A DNA stretch of 64,000 nt, taken from an uncultured Pelagibacteraceae bacterium. GTDB taxonomy: Bacteria; Pseudomonadota; Alphaproteobacteria; Pelagibacterales; Pelagibacteraceae. The stretch lies in NCBI GenBank assembly GCA_902623735.1, contig CACNUU010000001.1, positions 93,286 to 157,285 on the forward strand, given 5' to 3'. The position numbers were made by a program, and so were the translations under genes. Each line of letters starts with the position of its first letter. Position 1 is the first letter of the stretch. Below, in pieces: positions 1 to 11,747 of the stretch. The notes beneath the pieces are model-generated. The model was not told where the DNA came from and ran no database searches. It saw only the letters and a program-made list of their open reading frames with translations.

Positions 1-402
1 CTCTCAAAAAATATTACATTAAAAAATCATGGTCTTTCTGACCAAAATTCTAACTTGAAAATGAAATTTTTAAAAAAAGATGGATATCAACAGACAGGCG
101 GTTCATCTGTGGTTGAAGATTCATACTGTAAGGATGAAAATTTTTTTTTTGGAAATTTTAAAATAGGAGATCAAATTTTAAAATTCAAAAACCAGAATTT
201 ATGTTTTAAAATAGATGTTGAAAGACATGAAATTCAAGTGTTAAAAGGCCTACAAAATACTTTAAAAAATAATAAAATCGTTTTAATGATTGAAATTTAT
301 GAAAAAAACTTTGTGCAATCTAACGCATTATTAAATGAGATAGGCTTTGAATTAAAAAAAAAAATAAAGGAAAGATCTAACTATTTTTATTCTAATTTCT
401 AA
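1..402 (+). CDS. FkbM-family SAM-dependent methyltransferase, 5'-truncated by window edge
   Basis: Frame 1 is open from base 1 (LSKNITLKNHGLSD...). C-terminal FkbM motifs KIDVERHEIQVLKG and VLMIEI are present. Confidence 0.7.
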   Translation, partial: LSKNITLKNHGLSDQNSNLKMKFLKKDGYQQTGGSSVVEDSYCKDENFFFGNFKIGDQILKFKNQNLCFKIDVERHEIQVLKGLQNTLKNNKIVLMIEIYEKNFVQSNALLNEIGFELKKKIKERSNYFYSNF

Positions 403-467
403 TATCAATCAGATAAAGATTTTCAAATTTTAAATTGATTATTTTTAGATTATTATATTTTTAACAG

Positions 468-1349
468 ATGAAACTTGGACGAAAAATAAAAAAAATTAAA
501 ACGAGTTTTTTATATTTCTTAAGAAAATGTTTGAGCATCAAAATATATAATTTTATTATTTTAAATTTATCGAAAAAAAAATTCTTAAAAAGTAAAAACT
601 CTAAAAAAATAATTCTCCAAAAATCTTTAAACTTGGATAGTCTTAATAAATATGAATATAAAATTACATCTCAAAATAACGAAGATGGAATAATAGAATA
701 TTTGGAAAATCAAATAATTAGTTCTGATAAATTTTTTTTTGAAATAGGTTTTGATTTCTATGAATTTAATTCATTCAATTTGATCAAAAAAAAATGGAGT
801 GGTGTATTAATAGATGGAGATCAAATAAAATGTGATAAGCTAAATTGCTGTATTCAGAAGTATTATAAGAATAATAATATTCAGATATTTAACGATTTTA
901 TTAATTATGAAAATATTAATAAAAAAGTCGAAAGATCAATCAATAAAAAAAATTTTGACTTTTTCTCTTTGGATACTGATGGAATGGATTATTGGATTTT
1001 AGAAAATCTTTACTTTAAGCCAAAAATAATTTGTGTAGAGTTCAATCCCTGGTTAGGAAAATATGATCAACTAGTAATACCAAGAAGCCTAAATTTTAAT
1101 TATCAGTCAGATATGTACTATGGGGCTTCACTTAAAGCATACAAGTCATTATTAAATAATAAAGGATACAAATTAATTTGTATTGAGAGTAGTGGAAATA
1201 ATGCTTTTTTTATAAATCAAGATGAGTTTAAAATTGAATTTGATGAAATAGAAATTGAAAAAAGTTTTAAATTTGATCCAAAGTTTTCAGAAGCAACTTA
1301 CCAACTAATATATAAAAAACTTTTGAAAAGAGAATGGACAAAAATATAA
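468..1349 (+). CDS. FkbM-like methyltransferase-fold protein
   Basis: Motifs SQNNEDGII, FFEIG, SLDTDGMDYWIL, PKIICVEFN and YYGASL are typical of FkbM-like proteins of surface-glycan loci. Confidence 0.6.
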   Translation: MKLGRKIKKIKTSFLYFLRKCLSIKIYNFIILNLSKKKFLKSKNSKKIILQKSLNLDSLNKYEYKITSQNNEDGIIEYLENQIISSDKFFFEIGFDFYEFNSFNLIKKKWSGVLIDGDQIKCDKLNCCIQKYYKNNNIQIFNDFINYENINKKVERSINKKNFDFFSLDTDGMDYWILENLYFKPKIICVEFNPWLGKYDQLVIPRSLNFNYQSDMYYGASLKAYKSLLNNKGYKLICIESSGNNAFFINQDEFKIEFDEIEIEKSFKFDPKFSEATYQLIYKKLLKREWTKI

Positions 1350-1352
1350 AAC

Positions 1353-2138
1353 TTATTTATTTTGAAAATAACAAAGAGAAGTATTCTTGATATGCGAAAT
1401 TTTTTTTGTTTTAGAAATTTCTTCCAAGTACTTTACAACATCTTTTGATGATTTTTTACCAGGTACATAATCATGCCAAAGAATTATTCCCCTAGAATTT
1501 AACATTTTGAAAGATTTTTCTGTATCATTCTTTATTACAGAATATGTGTGACCTCCATCTATAAAAATTAAATCCATTTTACCGTGGAAATTTTTTTCAT
1601 CAAATTTTAAAGAATTCTCAAAGATAATTTGAATTTTTTTTTCAACATTTGAATTAGAAAATAAAAATTTATCATAAATACTCTCGTTTTTAATATTTCT
1701 AAAAGAAATTTTACTATCTTTATTTTCTTTTTTAATAAAGTTTACCTCATCTGGTTTTAATGTAATTGATGTTATTTGTGTATCTTCGTCAGAATTTAAT
1801 GCCATTAAGTATGTGGTCTTTCCGCTACAAGTGCCAAATTCAAATATATTTTTGCTTTTTTTACTTAAAGAAGAAATAATCCAAGCCTCATAATCTGATG
1901 TCATGCCAACAATTTTATTATCTGCTGTGATGCTAAAACTTTTAACTATTGTGTTTTCTTTTGGTCCTTTTAAATTACTTGAAATACTATTTAAGCTAAA
2001 AATCTGATTTAATGATGTAATATCAACTTTTTTTATTTTTGGTAAATGTAAAAAATTTTTAATTTTTTTTCTATTTAGCAAATATATTAAAAATATATTT
2101 GCAAAAAAAGAAAGTGCTAAAAATATTTTTGATATCAT
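1353..2138 (-). CDS. Class I SAM-dependent methyltransferase (Methyltransf_24-like) with N-terminal membrane anchor
   Basis: [23 protein letters not shown] and IILWHDY motifs; hydrophobic N-terminus; ATGA overlap with the lepA stop. Confidence 0.75.
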   Translation of the reverse strand: MISKIFLALSFFANIFLIYLLNRKKIKNFLHLPKIKKVDITSLNQIFSLNSISSNLKGPKENTIVKSFSITADNKIVGMTSDYEAWIISSLSKKSKNIFEFGTCSGKTTYLMALNSDEDTQITSITLKPDEVNFIKKENKDSKISFRNIKNESIYDKFLFSNSNVEKKIQIIFENSLKFDEKNFHGKMDLIFIDGGHTYSVIKNDTEKSFKMLNSRGIILWHDYVPGKKSSKDVVKYLEEISKTKKISHIKNTSLCYFQNK

Positions 2139-3943
2139 TTCTCTTTGTTTATTTTTAAAACCCCAATAAAAGCTTCTTGCGGAATTTCAACTTTTCCAAA
2201 TTGTTTTGAACGAGCCTTGCCTTTTTTTTGTTTTTCCAGCAATTTACGTTTTCTATCAGTTGCACCTCCTCCATGTATTTTGGTTAATACGTCCTTTTTA
2301 AATCCTTTAATTGTCTCTCTTGCTATAATTTTACCTCCTATTGCTGCCTGGACTGGGATCATGAAGTTATGCCTCGGTATTAAATCTTTTAATTTTTCAC
2401 ATACTTCACGACCTGTTTTTTGAGAAAAATCTTTATGAATCATCATTGCCAATGCATCAACTGGCTCCCCGTTTACTAATATTCCTAATTTTACAAGATC
2501 TCCTTCTCTATGACCAATGATATCATAATCAAAACTTGCATAACCACTAGTCATTGATTTTATTCGATCATTAAAATCAAAAACTACTTCATTCAACGGT
2601 AGCTCATAACTTATGACAGCTCTATTTCCTGAATAACTTAAATTTGATTGTATACCTCTTTTATCTTGGCATAATTTCATAATTGATCCTAAATACTCAT
2701 CTGGAGTTATAATCGTTGATTTTATCCATGGTTCTTCAATGGATTCTATTAATGTAGGATCTGGTAAACTTGATGGGTTTTGTAAATCTATTGTTTTTCC
2801 GTTTTTTAGTTTTACTTTATACACCACTCCTGGAGTGGTTGTGAGCAAGTTAACGTCAAATTCTCTCTCTAATCTTTCAGTAATTATTTCTAAATGCAAT
2901 AGTCCTAAGAACCCACATCTAAATCCTAGTCCTAAGGCAGATGATGACTCTGCTTCGTAAGAAAAGCTAGCATCATTTAATTGAAGTTTAGCTAACCCGT
3001 CTTTTAATTTTTGATATTCAGAACTATCAACGGGAAATAACCCACAGAAGACAACAGGTTTGCTAGGTTTAAATCCTGGCAAAGGTTTAATTATCTTTTT
3101 TGTTGCATCACAAATTGTATCTCCTACTTTTGTATCAGATAGAATTTTAATACCAGTCGTGATAAATCCTATCTCACCAGCACTTAGCTCAGTAACATCT
3201 TTTGGTTTTGGAGTAAAGACACCAACCTTTTCAACAATATAATCTTGATTTGAAGAAACCATTTTTATTTTCATATTTTTTACAATTTTACCATTTATTA
3301 CTCTTACTAAAATTACTACTCCCAGGTATGTATCATACCAACTATCAACTAATAAACACTTCAAGTTTTCTTCGCTATTTCCCTTTGGACCCGGTAATTG
3401 ATCAACAATTTTTTCTAAAATTTCATCAATACCTTGTCCAGTTTTTCCAGAACATGGAACCGCCTCTTCTGTATCAATACCAATTACTTCTTCAATTTGT
3501 TTTTTGGTTCTATCTAAATCAGATGCAGGTAAATCTATCTTATTAAGAACTGGTATTATTTCATGATTTATATCAAGGGCTTGATAAACATTAGCTAATG
3601 TTTGTGCTTCTACACCTTGAGTACTATCTACTATTAGTATTGAACCCTCACAAGCGTACAGAGATCTACTTACCTCATAGCTAAAATCTACATGACCAGG
3701 AGTATCAATAATATTTAAAATATATTCTTTGCCACTTTTCGACTTATATCTCAATTTTACAGTTTGAGCTTTAATTGTGATTCCTCTTTCTCTCTCTATG
3801 TCCATAGAATCTAAAACTTGGGCTTTCATTTCCCTTTCTGTCAAGCCACCACATTTATGAATAATTCTATCTGCAATTGTTGATTTACCGTGATCTATGT
3901 GAGCTATAATTGCAAAGTTTCTGATATTATCAATTGTGCTCAT
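2135..3943 (-). CDS. lepA: Translation elongation factor 4
   Basis: [33 protein letters not shown] and C-terminal [13 protein letters not shown]. Confidence 0.99.
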   Translation of the reverse strand: MSTIDNIRNFAIIAHIDHGKSTIADRIIHKCGGLTEREMKAQVLDSMDIERERGITIKAQTVKLRYKSKSGKEYILNIIDTPGHVDFSYEVSRSLYACEGSILIVDSTQGVEAQTLANVYQALDINHEIIPVLNKIDLPASDLDRTKKQIEEVIGIDTEEAVPCSGKTGQGIDEILEKIVDQLPGPKGNSEENLKCLLVDSWYDTYLGVVILVRVINGKIVKNMKIKMVSSNQDYIVEKVGVFTPKPKDVTELSAGEIGFITTGIKILSDTKVGDTICDATKKIIKPLPGFKPSKPVVFCGLFPVDSSEYQKLKDGLAKLQLNDASFSYEAESSSALGLGFRCGFLGLLHLEIITERLEREFDVNLLTTTPGVVYKVKLKNGKTIDLQNPSSLPDPTLIESIEEPWIKSTIITPDEYLGSIMKLCQDKRGIQSNLSYSGNRAVISYELPLNEVVFDFNDRIKSMTSGYASFDYDIIGHREGDLVKLGILVNGEPVDALAMMIHKDFSQKTGREVCEKLKDLIPRHNFMIPVQAAIGGKIIARETIKGFKKDVLTKIHGGGATDRKRKLLEKQKKGKARSKQFGKVEIPQEAFIGVLKINKEK

Positions 3944-3950
3944 CTAAATT

Positions 3951-6359
3951 TTAAGATCTTATTTTAGCACCAGTCTCTTTTTCTACAGTGTCGATTATTA
4001 ATTTGTTTATTTTTTCTAAATCTTCGTCTTTAAGAGGTTTGTCTAAAGATTGAATACTTATATTTACAGCTATGGACTTTTTATCATTAGGGATATTTTC
4101 ACCTTCATACACATCAAATATATCTACATTGCTAATAATATTTGGATTAACATTAGAAATGATTTGTATTAATTCTTGAGACTTAAAATTTTTATCAATT
4201 ATAAATGCAAAATCCCTTTCTGACTTTTGAAAATCTGAAACCTGATAATTTTTTTTTTGATCTCTAAATAATTTTTTTGTTTTTTTTAAGTTATCTACAA
4301 ATATCTCGAAACCTACTAATGCTTCTGTTTTAATCTCAATTTTTTTTAATATATTTGGGTGAATTTCTCCAAAATAACCAGCTACTTTATCTTTATGTTT
4401 ATTTAAAAAAATTCTTCCAGATTTACCTGGATGATAATAACTAGGAGTATTATCATCTATGTAAATTTTTGATCTATTATATCCAGCTTCAACTAGTGTT
4501 TGAATAATATCTTTTTTTACATCAAAAATATCTACGTTTCTATCATCCTCTATCCATGATAATCTTGATATTTTCCCAGCTCGTAATCCACCAACAACTG
4601 TTTCTTGCTCACCTGGATTTGAACCATTAAAAATTGGTCCAATTTCAAATAAAGAAAGATCTTTAATATCTCTATTCAAATTCTTTCGTATGTAAAAAAT
4701 TAAATTTGAAAAAATTGAATTTCTCAATACTCCAATTTCGGAACTTATAGGATTTATAATCTTTATTTCTTTTTTATTTTGTTTAAACAAATTGTTATAT
4801 TTTTGATCAGTAAACGACCAAGTGATAGCCTCAAAGTAACCCTTGGTCGCGACTGCTCTTTGTAAAAAATGAAATAATTTTTGTATTTTGTTTAAAGTAG
4901 GTTTATATCTTTCTTTTTTTGGTGAGATCGTTTTTATTTGATCATATCCATTTATTCTTGCTATTTCCTCTATAATATCGATTTGTTGGTTGATGTCAGG
5001 TCTCCAAGATGGAACTTTTAATTCCAAATATTTTTTTTTCTTTTTGTATTTAAAGCCTAGATCTCCTAAAATTTGAAACATTTTTTTGCTATGAATTTTT
5101 AAACCAGTTACTTTTTCAAATAAATCAGGATCGAAATTGATAGTTCTATTTTTGAAATTTTTGATTTTTTGAACATCAATCTTACTAATTTCACCACCAC
5201 AAATTTCTTTAATAAGCGTTGATGCTCTGTTTAAACCACTTTCAATAGAATTTGGATCGATTCCTCTTTCAAATCTAAACTTCGCATCTGTTTCAAGATT
5301 TAATTTTTTTGAAGTTTTTCTAATTGATACTGGTTCAAAATATGCTGATTCTAATAAAATATTTTTTGTGTTAATTTCTGTACTAGATCTAATACCACCG
5401 ATAATACCACCTAAACCTAAAACTCCTTGATTATCACTTATAACGCACATTCCATTTTCTAATTTATAAGTTTTATTATCTAACGCTTTAAATTCTTCTC
5501 CAGATTTTGAATTTCGAACTATTATGCCTTTTTCAATTTTATCCGCATCATATGCATGTAATGGACGATTGATATCAAGCATAACATAATTAGTTACATC
5601 TACTATTGCTGAAATCGGTTTTTGGCCAACTGAAATTAATTTATCTTTAAGCCACTTGGGACTTTCGGTGTTTTTCACATTCGTTATTAGACAACTTCCA
5701 AAAGTATAACAGCCCTGGTTCTTTTCTTTAGCTATTTTTACACTTAAGGTTTGTTTTATTTTTGATTTAACCTCTTTTTCATTTGGGTATTTCAACTTTC
5801 CAAAACCAGAGGCAGCAAGATCCCTAGCTATTCCCCTAACTCCAAGACAATCTGGTCTATTGGGTGTAATAGATAAATCTATACAATTTAAATTTGTCTT
5901 TTTAAAATAACATTTACCAATTTTTTTTTGATATTGTGATTTTGATAGCTCTATAATTCCATCACTTTCATCTGATAAATTAAGCTCATATTCTGAACAT
6001 AACATTCCATAAGAAGTTACACCTCTTATCTTAGCCACTTCCAAATTTATTTGAGTTTTAGGTATAGTTGCACCTGGAGGAGCATATACAGTAATTAAAC
6101 CCTCTTTTGCATTAACGGCACCACAAACAACTTTTTTAATATCTCCATTCCCTATACTTACATCACAGACTTTAAGACGATCAGCATTTGGGTGTTTTTC
6201 AGCTTTAATAATTTTTGCTACTTTAAATAATTCATTTTCAGCAGATAAACTTTCTACACTTTCTACTTCTAGGCCGATGTTTGTTAACTGATCTAAAAGT
6301 TTTTTTTCATTTGAAGCGGTCTTTAAATGATCTTTCAGCCAGTCAAATGAAATTTTCAT
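3951..6359 (-). CDS. pheT: Phenylalanine--tRNA ligase beta subunit
   Basis: [37 protein letters not shown]; 802 aa; follows pheS. Confidence 0.98.
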   Translation of the reverse strand: MKISFDWLKDHLKTASNEKKLLDQLTNIGLEVESVESLSAENELFKVAKIIKAEKHPNADRLKVCDVSIGNGDIKKVVCGAVNAKEGLITVYAPPGATIPKTQINLEVAKIRGVTSYGMLCSEYELNLSDESDGIIELSKSQYQKKIGKCYFKKTNLNCIDLSITPNRPDCLGVRGIARDLAASGFGKLKYPNEKEVKSKIKQTLSVKIAKEKNQGCYTFGSCLITNVKNTESPKWLKDKLISVGQKPISAIVDVTNYVMLDINRPLHAYDADKIEKGIIVRNSKSGEEFKALDNKTYKLENGMCVISDNQGVLGLGGIIGGIRSSTEINTKNILLESAYFEPVSIRKTSKKLNLETDAKFRFERGIDPNSIESGLNRASTLIKEICGGEISKIDVQKIKNFKNRTINFDPDLFEKVTGLKIHSKKMFQILGDLGFKYKKKKKYLELKVPSWRPDINQQIDIIEEIARINGYDQIKTISPKKERYKPTLNKIQKLFHFLQRAVATKGYFEAITWSFTDQKYNNLFKQNKKEIKIINPISSEIGVLRNSIFSNLIFYIRKNLNRDIKDLSLFEIGPIFNGSNPGEQETVVGGLRAGKISRLSWIEDDRNVDIFDVKKDIIQTLVEAGYNRSKIYIDDNTPSYYHPGKSGRIFLNKHKDKVAGYFGEIHPNILKKIEIKTEALVGFEIFVDNLKKTKKLFRDQKKNYQVSDFQKSERDFAFIIDKNFKSQELIQIISNVNPNIISNVDIFDVYEGENIPNDKKSIAVNISIQSLDKPLKDEDLEKINKLIIDTVEKETGAKIRS

Positions 6360-7423
6360 CTACTTAAGCCTCTATAATTAGTTGGTACGTCTAACGGATC
6401 AAATCCAAAATGATTTAACCATCTATAATCACACTCAAAAAAGGCTCTAAGATCATTGATCCCATATTTTAACATTGCCAATCTATCTATTCCAATCCCA
6501 AAAGCGTAACCTTGGAATTTATCTGAATCAACATTTACATTTTTTAAAACATTGGGATGAACCATCCCACATCCTAAAATTTCAAGCCATTGGTCACCTT
6601 CACCAATCACAATTTTACCGTCTTTAATTTTATACCCTATATCTACTTCTGCTGATGGTTCAGTAAATGGAAAATGACTGGGTCTAAATCTCATTTTGAT
6701 TTTATCAACCTCAAAAAATTCTTTAATAAAATAATTAAGACAACCTTTTAAATGTCCCATATTAATATCTTTATCAATATGTAGGCCCTCTACCTGATGA
6801 AACATTGGTGCATGCGTTTGATCACTATCAGATCTATAAGTTCTTCCAGGAGCAATTATTTTGAAAGGTGGCTTACCCTTGATCATTGTTCTAATTTGCA
6901 CCGGAGAAGTGTGTGTTCTTAATAGTTTTTGTTTTTTCTCATCCAGATAAAAGGTGTCATGCATATCCCTAGCTGGATGATAATCTGGGGTATTTAATGC
7001 AGTAAAATTATTATATTCATTTTCAACATCTGGACCTTCTTCAACACTAAAACCAATCTCTGAAAATATTGACGAAATTTCGTCAATAGTTTGGGATACT
7101 GGATGAATCTTTCCTCTTATAATTGGTCTTTCTGGTAATGTAACATCAATTTTTTCTTTTTGTAATTTTTCATTAACTTCTAAGATTTCAATTTCACTTA
7201 TTTTTAAATTAATTAATGTCTGTAATTCATCTTTAATAATATTTAATTCTGAAGCATATTTTTTTTTTTCAGAATCTGAAATTGACCCAATCTTTTTAAA
7301 TTGATTGGTTATCTTACCATTTTTACCAAATAAATCTGACTTCAATTCATTTATTTGTGAAAGATCTAATTTAGATCTTAACTTAGATAAAGTTTCTTCT
7401 TTTATTTTTTTTAGATCTGACAT
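6356..7423 (-). CDS. pheS: Phenylalanine--tRNA ligase alpha subunit
   Basis: [47 protein letters not shown]. Confidence 0.99.
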   Translation of the reverse strand: MSDLKKIKEETLSKLRSKLDLSQINELKSDLFGKNGKITNQFKKIGSISDSEKKKYASELNIIKDELQTLINLKISEIEILEVNEKLQKEKIDVTLPERPIIRGKIHPVSQTIDEISSIFSEIGFSVEEGPDVENEYNNFTALNTPDYHPARDMHDTFYLDEKKQKLLRTHTSPVQIRTMIKGKPPFKIIAPGRTYRSDSDQTHAPMFHQVEGLHIDKDINMGHLKGCLNYFIKEFFEVDKIKMRFRPSHFPFTEPSAEVDIGYKIKDGKIVIGEGDQWLEILGCGMVHPNVLKNVNVDSDKFQGYAFGIGIDRLAMLKYGINDLRAFFECDYRWLNHFGFDPLDVPTNYRGLSR

Positions 7424-7466
7424 TTTTACAGATTATTTCTTCAGAAAAATAAAACAATAGTGAAGA

Positions 7467-7823
7467 TTAATTTAATGCAGATTGAGCTTTTTGAACTATA
7501 GTTTTAAAGGCTTCCGGACTGTCATAGGCTATTTCTGCAAGGATCTTTCTGTCTATTTTTATTCCACACTTATTTAATCCATTAATAAACTTAGAGTAGG
7601 TTAAGCCCTCAGCTCTTACGCCAGCATTAATTCTTTGTATCCATAAAGATTTGAAATCTCTTTTTTTATTTCTCCTGTCTCTGTAAGCATACTGCATGGC
7701 TTTTTCCATAGCTTGCTTTGCAACTCTAATGGTATTTTTTCGTCTACCCCATTGACCTTTTACCGCTTTTAGAACTTTTTTATGTTTAGCTCTGCTGGTG
7801 ACGCCTCTTTTTACTCTAGCCAT
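7467..7823 (-). CDS. rplT: 50S ribosomal protein L20
   Basis: MARVKRG...[23 protein letters not shown]. Confidence 0.99.
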   Translation of the reverse strand: MARVKRGVTSRAKHKKVLKAVKGQWGRRKNTIRVAKQAMEKAMQYAYRDRRNKKRDFKSLWIQRINAGVRAEGLTYSKFINGLNKCGIKIDRKILAEIAYDSPEAFKTIVQKAQSALN

Positions 7824-7824
7824 T

Positions 7825-8031
7825 TTAACCTCTTAAACTGTATGGCATATACGATTTAACAATTCTTCCATCTTGCTTTGACATCGTAGTTGTGCCCCTT
7901 AGTTTTCTAATTTGGGAATTTGTTCTTTTGATCATACCATGTCTTTTACCTGCTTGGGCCATCATAACCTTACCCCTTGCAGATATTTTAAACCTTTTTT
8001 TTGCTGAACTTTTTGTTTTTAATTTTGGCAT
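7825..8031 (-). CDS. rpmI: 50S ribosomal protein L35
   Basis: [15 protein letters not shown]; located between infC and rplT. Confidence 0.99.
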   Translation of the reverse strand: MPKLKTKSSAKKRFKISARGKVMMAQAGKRHGMIKRTNSQIRKLRGTTTMSKQDGRIVKSYMPYSLRG

Positions 8032-8042
8032 AATTGGACGAG

Positions 8043-8071
8043 GTTATATAGAGAATGATATAAATTTACAA
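8043..8071 (-). promoter_or_regulatory. Putative sigma70 promoter of rpmI-rplT
   Basis: Minus strand TTGTAA-17 nt-TATAAC, ending 11 nt before the rpmI ATG. Confidence 0.55.
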
Positions 8072-8084
8072 CAACTATTAAAGC

Positions 8085-8630
8085 CTATAAAGGCTGAATA
8101 ACCATTATCATTTGTTTGCCATCAAACTTTGGATGTAACTCGACTTTTCCAATATCTTTCATATCCTCTTTTATTTTGGTCATGAGTTCATTTCCAAGAT
8201 GTGAGTGCTGAAGTTCTCTTCCTTTAAATCTTATTGTAAATTTAACTTTATCGCCTTTTGCGATAAATTTCTTAGCATTTTTAACTTTGAATTCATAATC
8301 ATGAGTTTCAGTAACAGGTCTCATTTTAATTTCCTTTAAAGCAATTATTTTTTGTTTTTTCTTCGCTAGATTTGCTTTTTTTTGTGCATCATATTTATAT
8401 TTTCCCATGTCCATTATTTTACAAACTGGCGGTTTTGCATTGGGTGCTATTTCAATTAAATCTAGTCCATCAATTTTTGCTTTACTAATTGCTTCATTCG
8501 TATTCATAATTCCAAGATTTTCTCCATCATTCGCAATAACCTGAACTTCCGGTGATGAAATCCTATTATTTGATCTAGGACCTCTATCCCTCGTTCTTTT
8601 TTGAAAATAATTTTGTTTAAAATCTGCCAC
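8085..8630 (-). CDS. infC: Translation initiation factor IF-3
   Basis: PPVCKIMDMGKYKY and KVKFTIRFKGRE; GTG start directly after the thrS stop. Confidence 0.98.
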   Translation of the reverse strand: MADFKQNYFQKRTRDRGPRSNNRISSPEVQVIANDGENLGIMNTNEAISKAKIDGLDLIEIAPNAKPPVCKIMDMGKYKYDAQKKANLAKKKQKIIALKEIKMRPVTETHDYEFKVKNAKKFIAKGDKVKFTIRFKGRELQHSHLGNELMTKIKEDMKDIGKVELHPKFDGKQMIMVIQPL

Positions 8631-10550
8631 TTAAATTGATGAAGGTTTATTCATAGCAGAGACTGTTTTTAAAAATGTTTTTAATTCCATATTTTCTTGT
8701 TTATTAGAATCCAATCTTCTAATAGTTACTGAGTTAGTGTCAACTTCTTTTTTACCACAAATTAATAAAAGAGGTATTTTAGCTAAAGAATGTTCTCTTA
8801 TTTTGTAATTGAGATTGTGTTTTTTTAAATCTACTATTGAACTTATGCCTACTTTCTTTATTTTACTTGATACTTCTTTTGCATAATCCTCAAAATCTTC
8901 TGATATCGGAATTACTACAGTTTGTAATGGTGAGATCCAAAATGGAAATTTACCTGCGTAATTCTCAATTAAGATTCCAATAAATCTTTCAAGAGAACCA
9001 AATAAAGCCCGGTGTAACATTACTGGAACTTTTTTAGCACCATCTTTATCAACATAAGTAGCATCTAATCTTCCAGGTAAATTAAAATCAACCTGTAAAG
9101 TACCACATTGCCAATCTCTTCCAATAGCATCCCTTAAAACAAATTCAATTTTTGGACCATAAAATGCGCCTTCACCTTTATTGATACTATATTCAAGTTT
9201 AGATTCTTTGACTGCCTCTAATAATGATGCTTCAGCCTTATCCCATATTTCATCATCACCAACTCTTACTTCTGGTCTATCTGCATATTTTAAAATTACA
9301 TTATCAAAACCTAAATCTTTATAAATTTCTAATATCAAATCTGTGACTTTTAAACATTCACTTGTGATCTGGTCTTCAGAGCAAAAGATATGTGCATCAT
9401 CTTGTGTAAATGCTCTTACCCTAAGTAATCCATGAAGGGCTCCTGAAGGTTCATAACGATGAACCTTTCCAAACTCTGTAATTCGTAATGGTAAATCTCT
9501 GTAACTTTTTAATCCTTGATTAAACACTTGTATATGACCTGGACAATTCATCGGTTTGATCGCAAATACTTTTTCATCAGGTGTTTCAGATGTGTACATG
9601 TTTCCCCCATATTTTTCCCAATGGCCTGATTTCTCCCATAATAATCTATCCAAAACTTCAGGTGTATTTACCTCACGATAACCAGCAGCATCTTGTTTTA
9701 CCCTCATATAATTTATCAATTTTTGAAATAGTGCCCAACCTTTTTCGAGCCAAAAAACTGATCCAGGACTTTCCTCTCTAAAATGAAACAAATTCATTTC
9801 TTTACCTAATTTTCTATGATCCCTTTTCTCGGCTTCTTCAATTCTATTTAAATAATCATTCAAATCTTTTTGATTGGCCCAACCAGTTCCATAAATTCTT
9901 TGTAGCATCTCATTTTTAGAGTCACCCCTCCAATATGCTCCGGAAACTTTTGTAAGCTTAAAAGCTTTACCGATCATACCTGAGGACAACAAATGAGGAC
10001 CTCTACACAAGTCATACCAAGTATCACCATGATGATAAATTGAAAGTTCCTCATTCTCCGGAATACTCTCAATAATCTCAGCTTTATACTTTTCGCCAAT
10101 TTTTTTAAAATGATTTATAGCTTTTTCTCTTTCCCAAACTTCTCTTCTGGTTTTAACATCTTTATCAATAATTTCTGACATCCTCTTCTCAATTTTATTA
10201 AGATCTTCATTTGTAAATGGTTCCTTTCTTGCAAAATCATAATAAAATCCATTTTCGATTACTGGTCCAATGGTCACTTGAGTTCCGGGATATAATTCTT
10301 GAACTGCCATGGCCATAATGTGTGCAGTATCATGTCTAATAACCTCCAAACCTTCTGGATCTTTTGAGGTAAAAATTTTTACTTTACAATTTTGTTTAAT
10401 GGAAAAATATAAATCTTTTAATTCTCCATCAACACTCATTATTAAAGCTTGCTTAGATAGCGATTTACTTATTTTTTTTGCAACTTCTAATCCTGTTACT
10501 TCTTTAGAAAATTCTAAATTTTTTCCGTCTGGTAATGTTATTATAGGCAT
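8631..10550 (-). CDS. thrS: Threonine--tRNA ligase
   Basis: TGS domain, DLCRGPH, KPMNCPGH, GAFYGPK, HRALFGSLERF. Confidence 0.99.
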   Translation of the reverse strand: MPIITLPDGKNLEFSKEVTGLEVAKKISKSLSKQALIMSVDGELKDLYFSIKQNCKVKIFTSKDPEGLEVIRHDTAHIMAMAVQELYPGTQVTIGPVIENGFYYDFARKEPFTNEDLNKIEKRMSEIIDKDVKTRREVWEREKAINHFKKIGEKYKAEIIESIPENEELSIYHHGDTWYDLCRGPHLLSSGMIGKAFKLTKVSGAYWRGDSKNEMLQRIYGTGWANQKDLNDYLNRIEEAEKRDHRKLGKEMNLFHFREESPGSVFWLEKGWALFQKLINYMRVKQDAAGYREVNTPEVLDRLLWEKSGHWEKYGGNMYTSETPDEKVFAIKPMNCPGHIQVFNQGLKSYRDLPLRITEFGKVHRYEPSGALHGLLRVRAFTQDDAHIFCSEDQITSECLKVTDLILEIYKDLGFDNVILKYADRPEVRVGDDEIWDKAEASLLEAVKESKLEYSINKGEGAFYGPKIEFVLRDAIGRDWQCGTLQVDFNLPGRLDATYVDKDGAKKVPVMLHRALFGSLERFIGILIENYAGKFPFWISPLQTVVIPISEDFEDYAKEVSSKIKKVGISSIVDLKKHNLNYKIREHSLAKIPLLLICGKKEVDTNSVTIRRLDSNKQENMELKTFLKTVSAMNKPSSI

Positions 10551-11705
10551 TTAATTTAATAATCTTTTATACTCTGAATAAGTAGAAAAGCACATTTTTT
10601 CAACATTAAATTTTTTAATTATGTTTTTTCTCCCTTCCTCACCTATTGTTTTAAGAGATGATTCATCCATAGTAATGGCTTTAACTATTTTTTTGCTAAG
10701 AGATTGAGCATCACCAGATTCAAATAATAGTCCTGTTTTTTCATTTATAATTGTTTCATTTGAACCACCAATATTGCTAGCTATTATTAATTTTTCCATA
10801 GATTGAGCTTCAACAGCTACTCTTCCAAAGGCTTCTGGTTCAATAGAAGCTGAAACAATAATATCCGAAATTTTATACGCTAGAGCCATGTCTTTGCAGT
10901 GATCAATAAATTTGATTTGATTTGTTAATCGATATTGCTCAGTCAGTCTAATTAATTTTTTTTTGTAAAGGTCACGACCTTGATTGTTACCTAATATTAC
11001 TACATGAAATGCCTCATAACCTAACTCAATTTTTACTAAATTAATTGCTTCAATAAATAATTCTTGTCCTTTCCAGCTAGTAAGCCTACCTGGCATGAGT
11101 ACAATTTTTTTTTCTTTATTAATTTCCCATTCATTTAATAAATTTTTTTCATCACTTTCAAGTTTTGTAGATGGATCAAAATAGTCAACATTTATACCTC
11201 TAAAAATAACCAGAAATTTCTTTTTAGAATTTAAAAATTCTGAGTAATTATTCTTGATATGAGAAAAAATGAAATTTGATCCAGCAATTATTAAATCAGA
11301 TCTAACCATAACTGAGTTATAAAACTTTTTAAGCTTTCCACTAAAATTATAAGTACCATGAAAGGTTGTTACAAATTTTCTTCTAGTTAATTTTGTTGCA
11401 AATAAACAAGACCAAGCAGGCGCTCTACTTCTGGCGTGCACAATTGATATATTGTTAAATAAAATTATAAAAATTAAGATAATAGCATTAAAAATTATGA
11501 TTAACGGATTTTTACTATGAACAGGTAACCTAATTAAAGTTACTTTTTCCTTTTTAATAAATCTTGTAAGCTCACCACCACTTGTCACTATGAAAGATTT
11601 ACAATTATTTTCTGTAAGATAATGTGCAATATCGTAACATCCTGTCTCAGCTCCTCCATAACCTAATTTAGGTATTACTTGTAAAACTTTTATATTAGAT
11701 GTCAT
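10551..11705 (-). CDS. Glycosyltransferase family 4
   Basis: GGAETG, VHARSRAPAWS, FHGTY, PGRLTSWKGQ, EPEAFGRVAVEAQ. Confidence 0.9.
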   Translation of the reverse strand: MTSNIKVLQVIPKLGYGGAETGCYDIAHYLTENNCKSFIVTSGGELTRFIKKEKVTLIRLPVHSKNPLIIIFNAIILIFIILFNNISIVHARSRAPAWSCLFATKLTRRKFVTTFHGTYNFSGKLKKFYNSVMVRSDLIIAGSNFIFSHIKNNYSEFLNSKKKFLVIFRGINVDYFDPSTKLESDEKNLLNEWEINKEKKIVLMPGRLTSWKGQELFIEAINLVKIELGYEAFHVVILGNNQGRDLYKKKLIRLTEQYRLTNQIKFIDHCKDMALAYKISDIIVSASIEPEAFGRVAVEAQSMEKLIIASNIGGSNETIINEKTGLLFESGDAQSLSKKIVKAITMDESSLKTIGEEGRKNIIKKFNVEKMCFSTYSEYKRLLN

Positions 11706-11747
11706 TATATTAGATTATATAATAATAGGTTAAACTAATAAACTTTT

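Noticed and set aside
2145-3546. Plus-strand ORFs antisense to lepA, and similar shadow ORFs opposite gltB, gltD, aceF, dnaN, ubiB, katG, pnp, infB and nusA
   Set aside because: They lie wholly opposite well-supported genes and have no recognisable motifs, as expected from codon bias on the sense strand.
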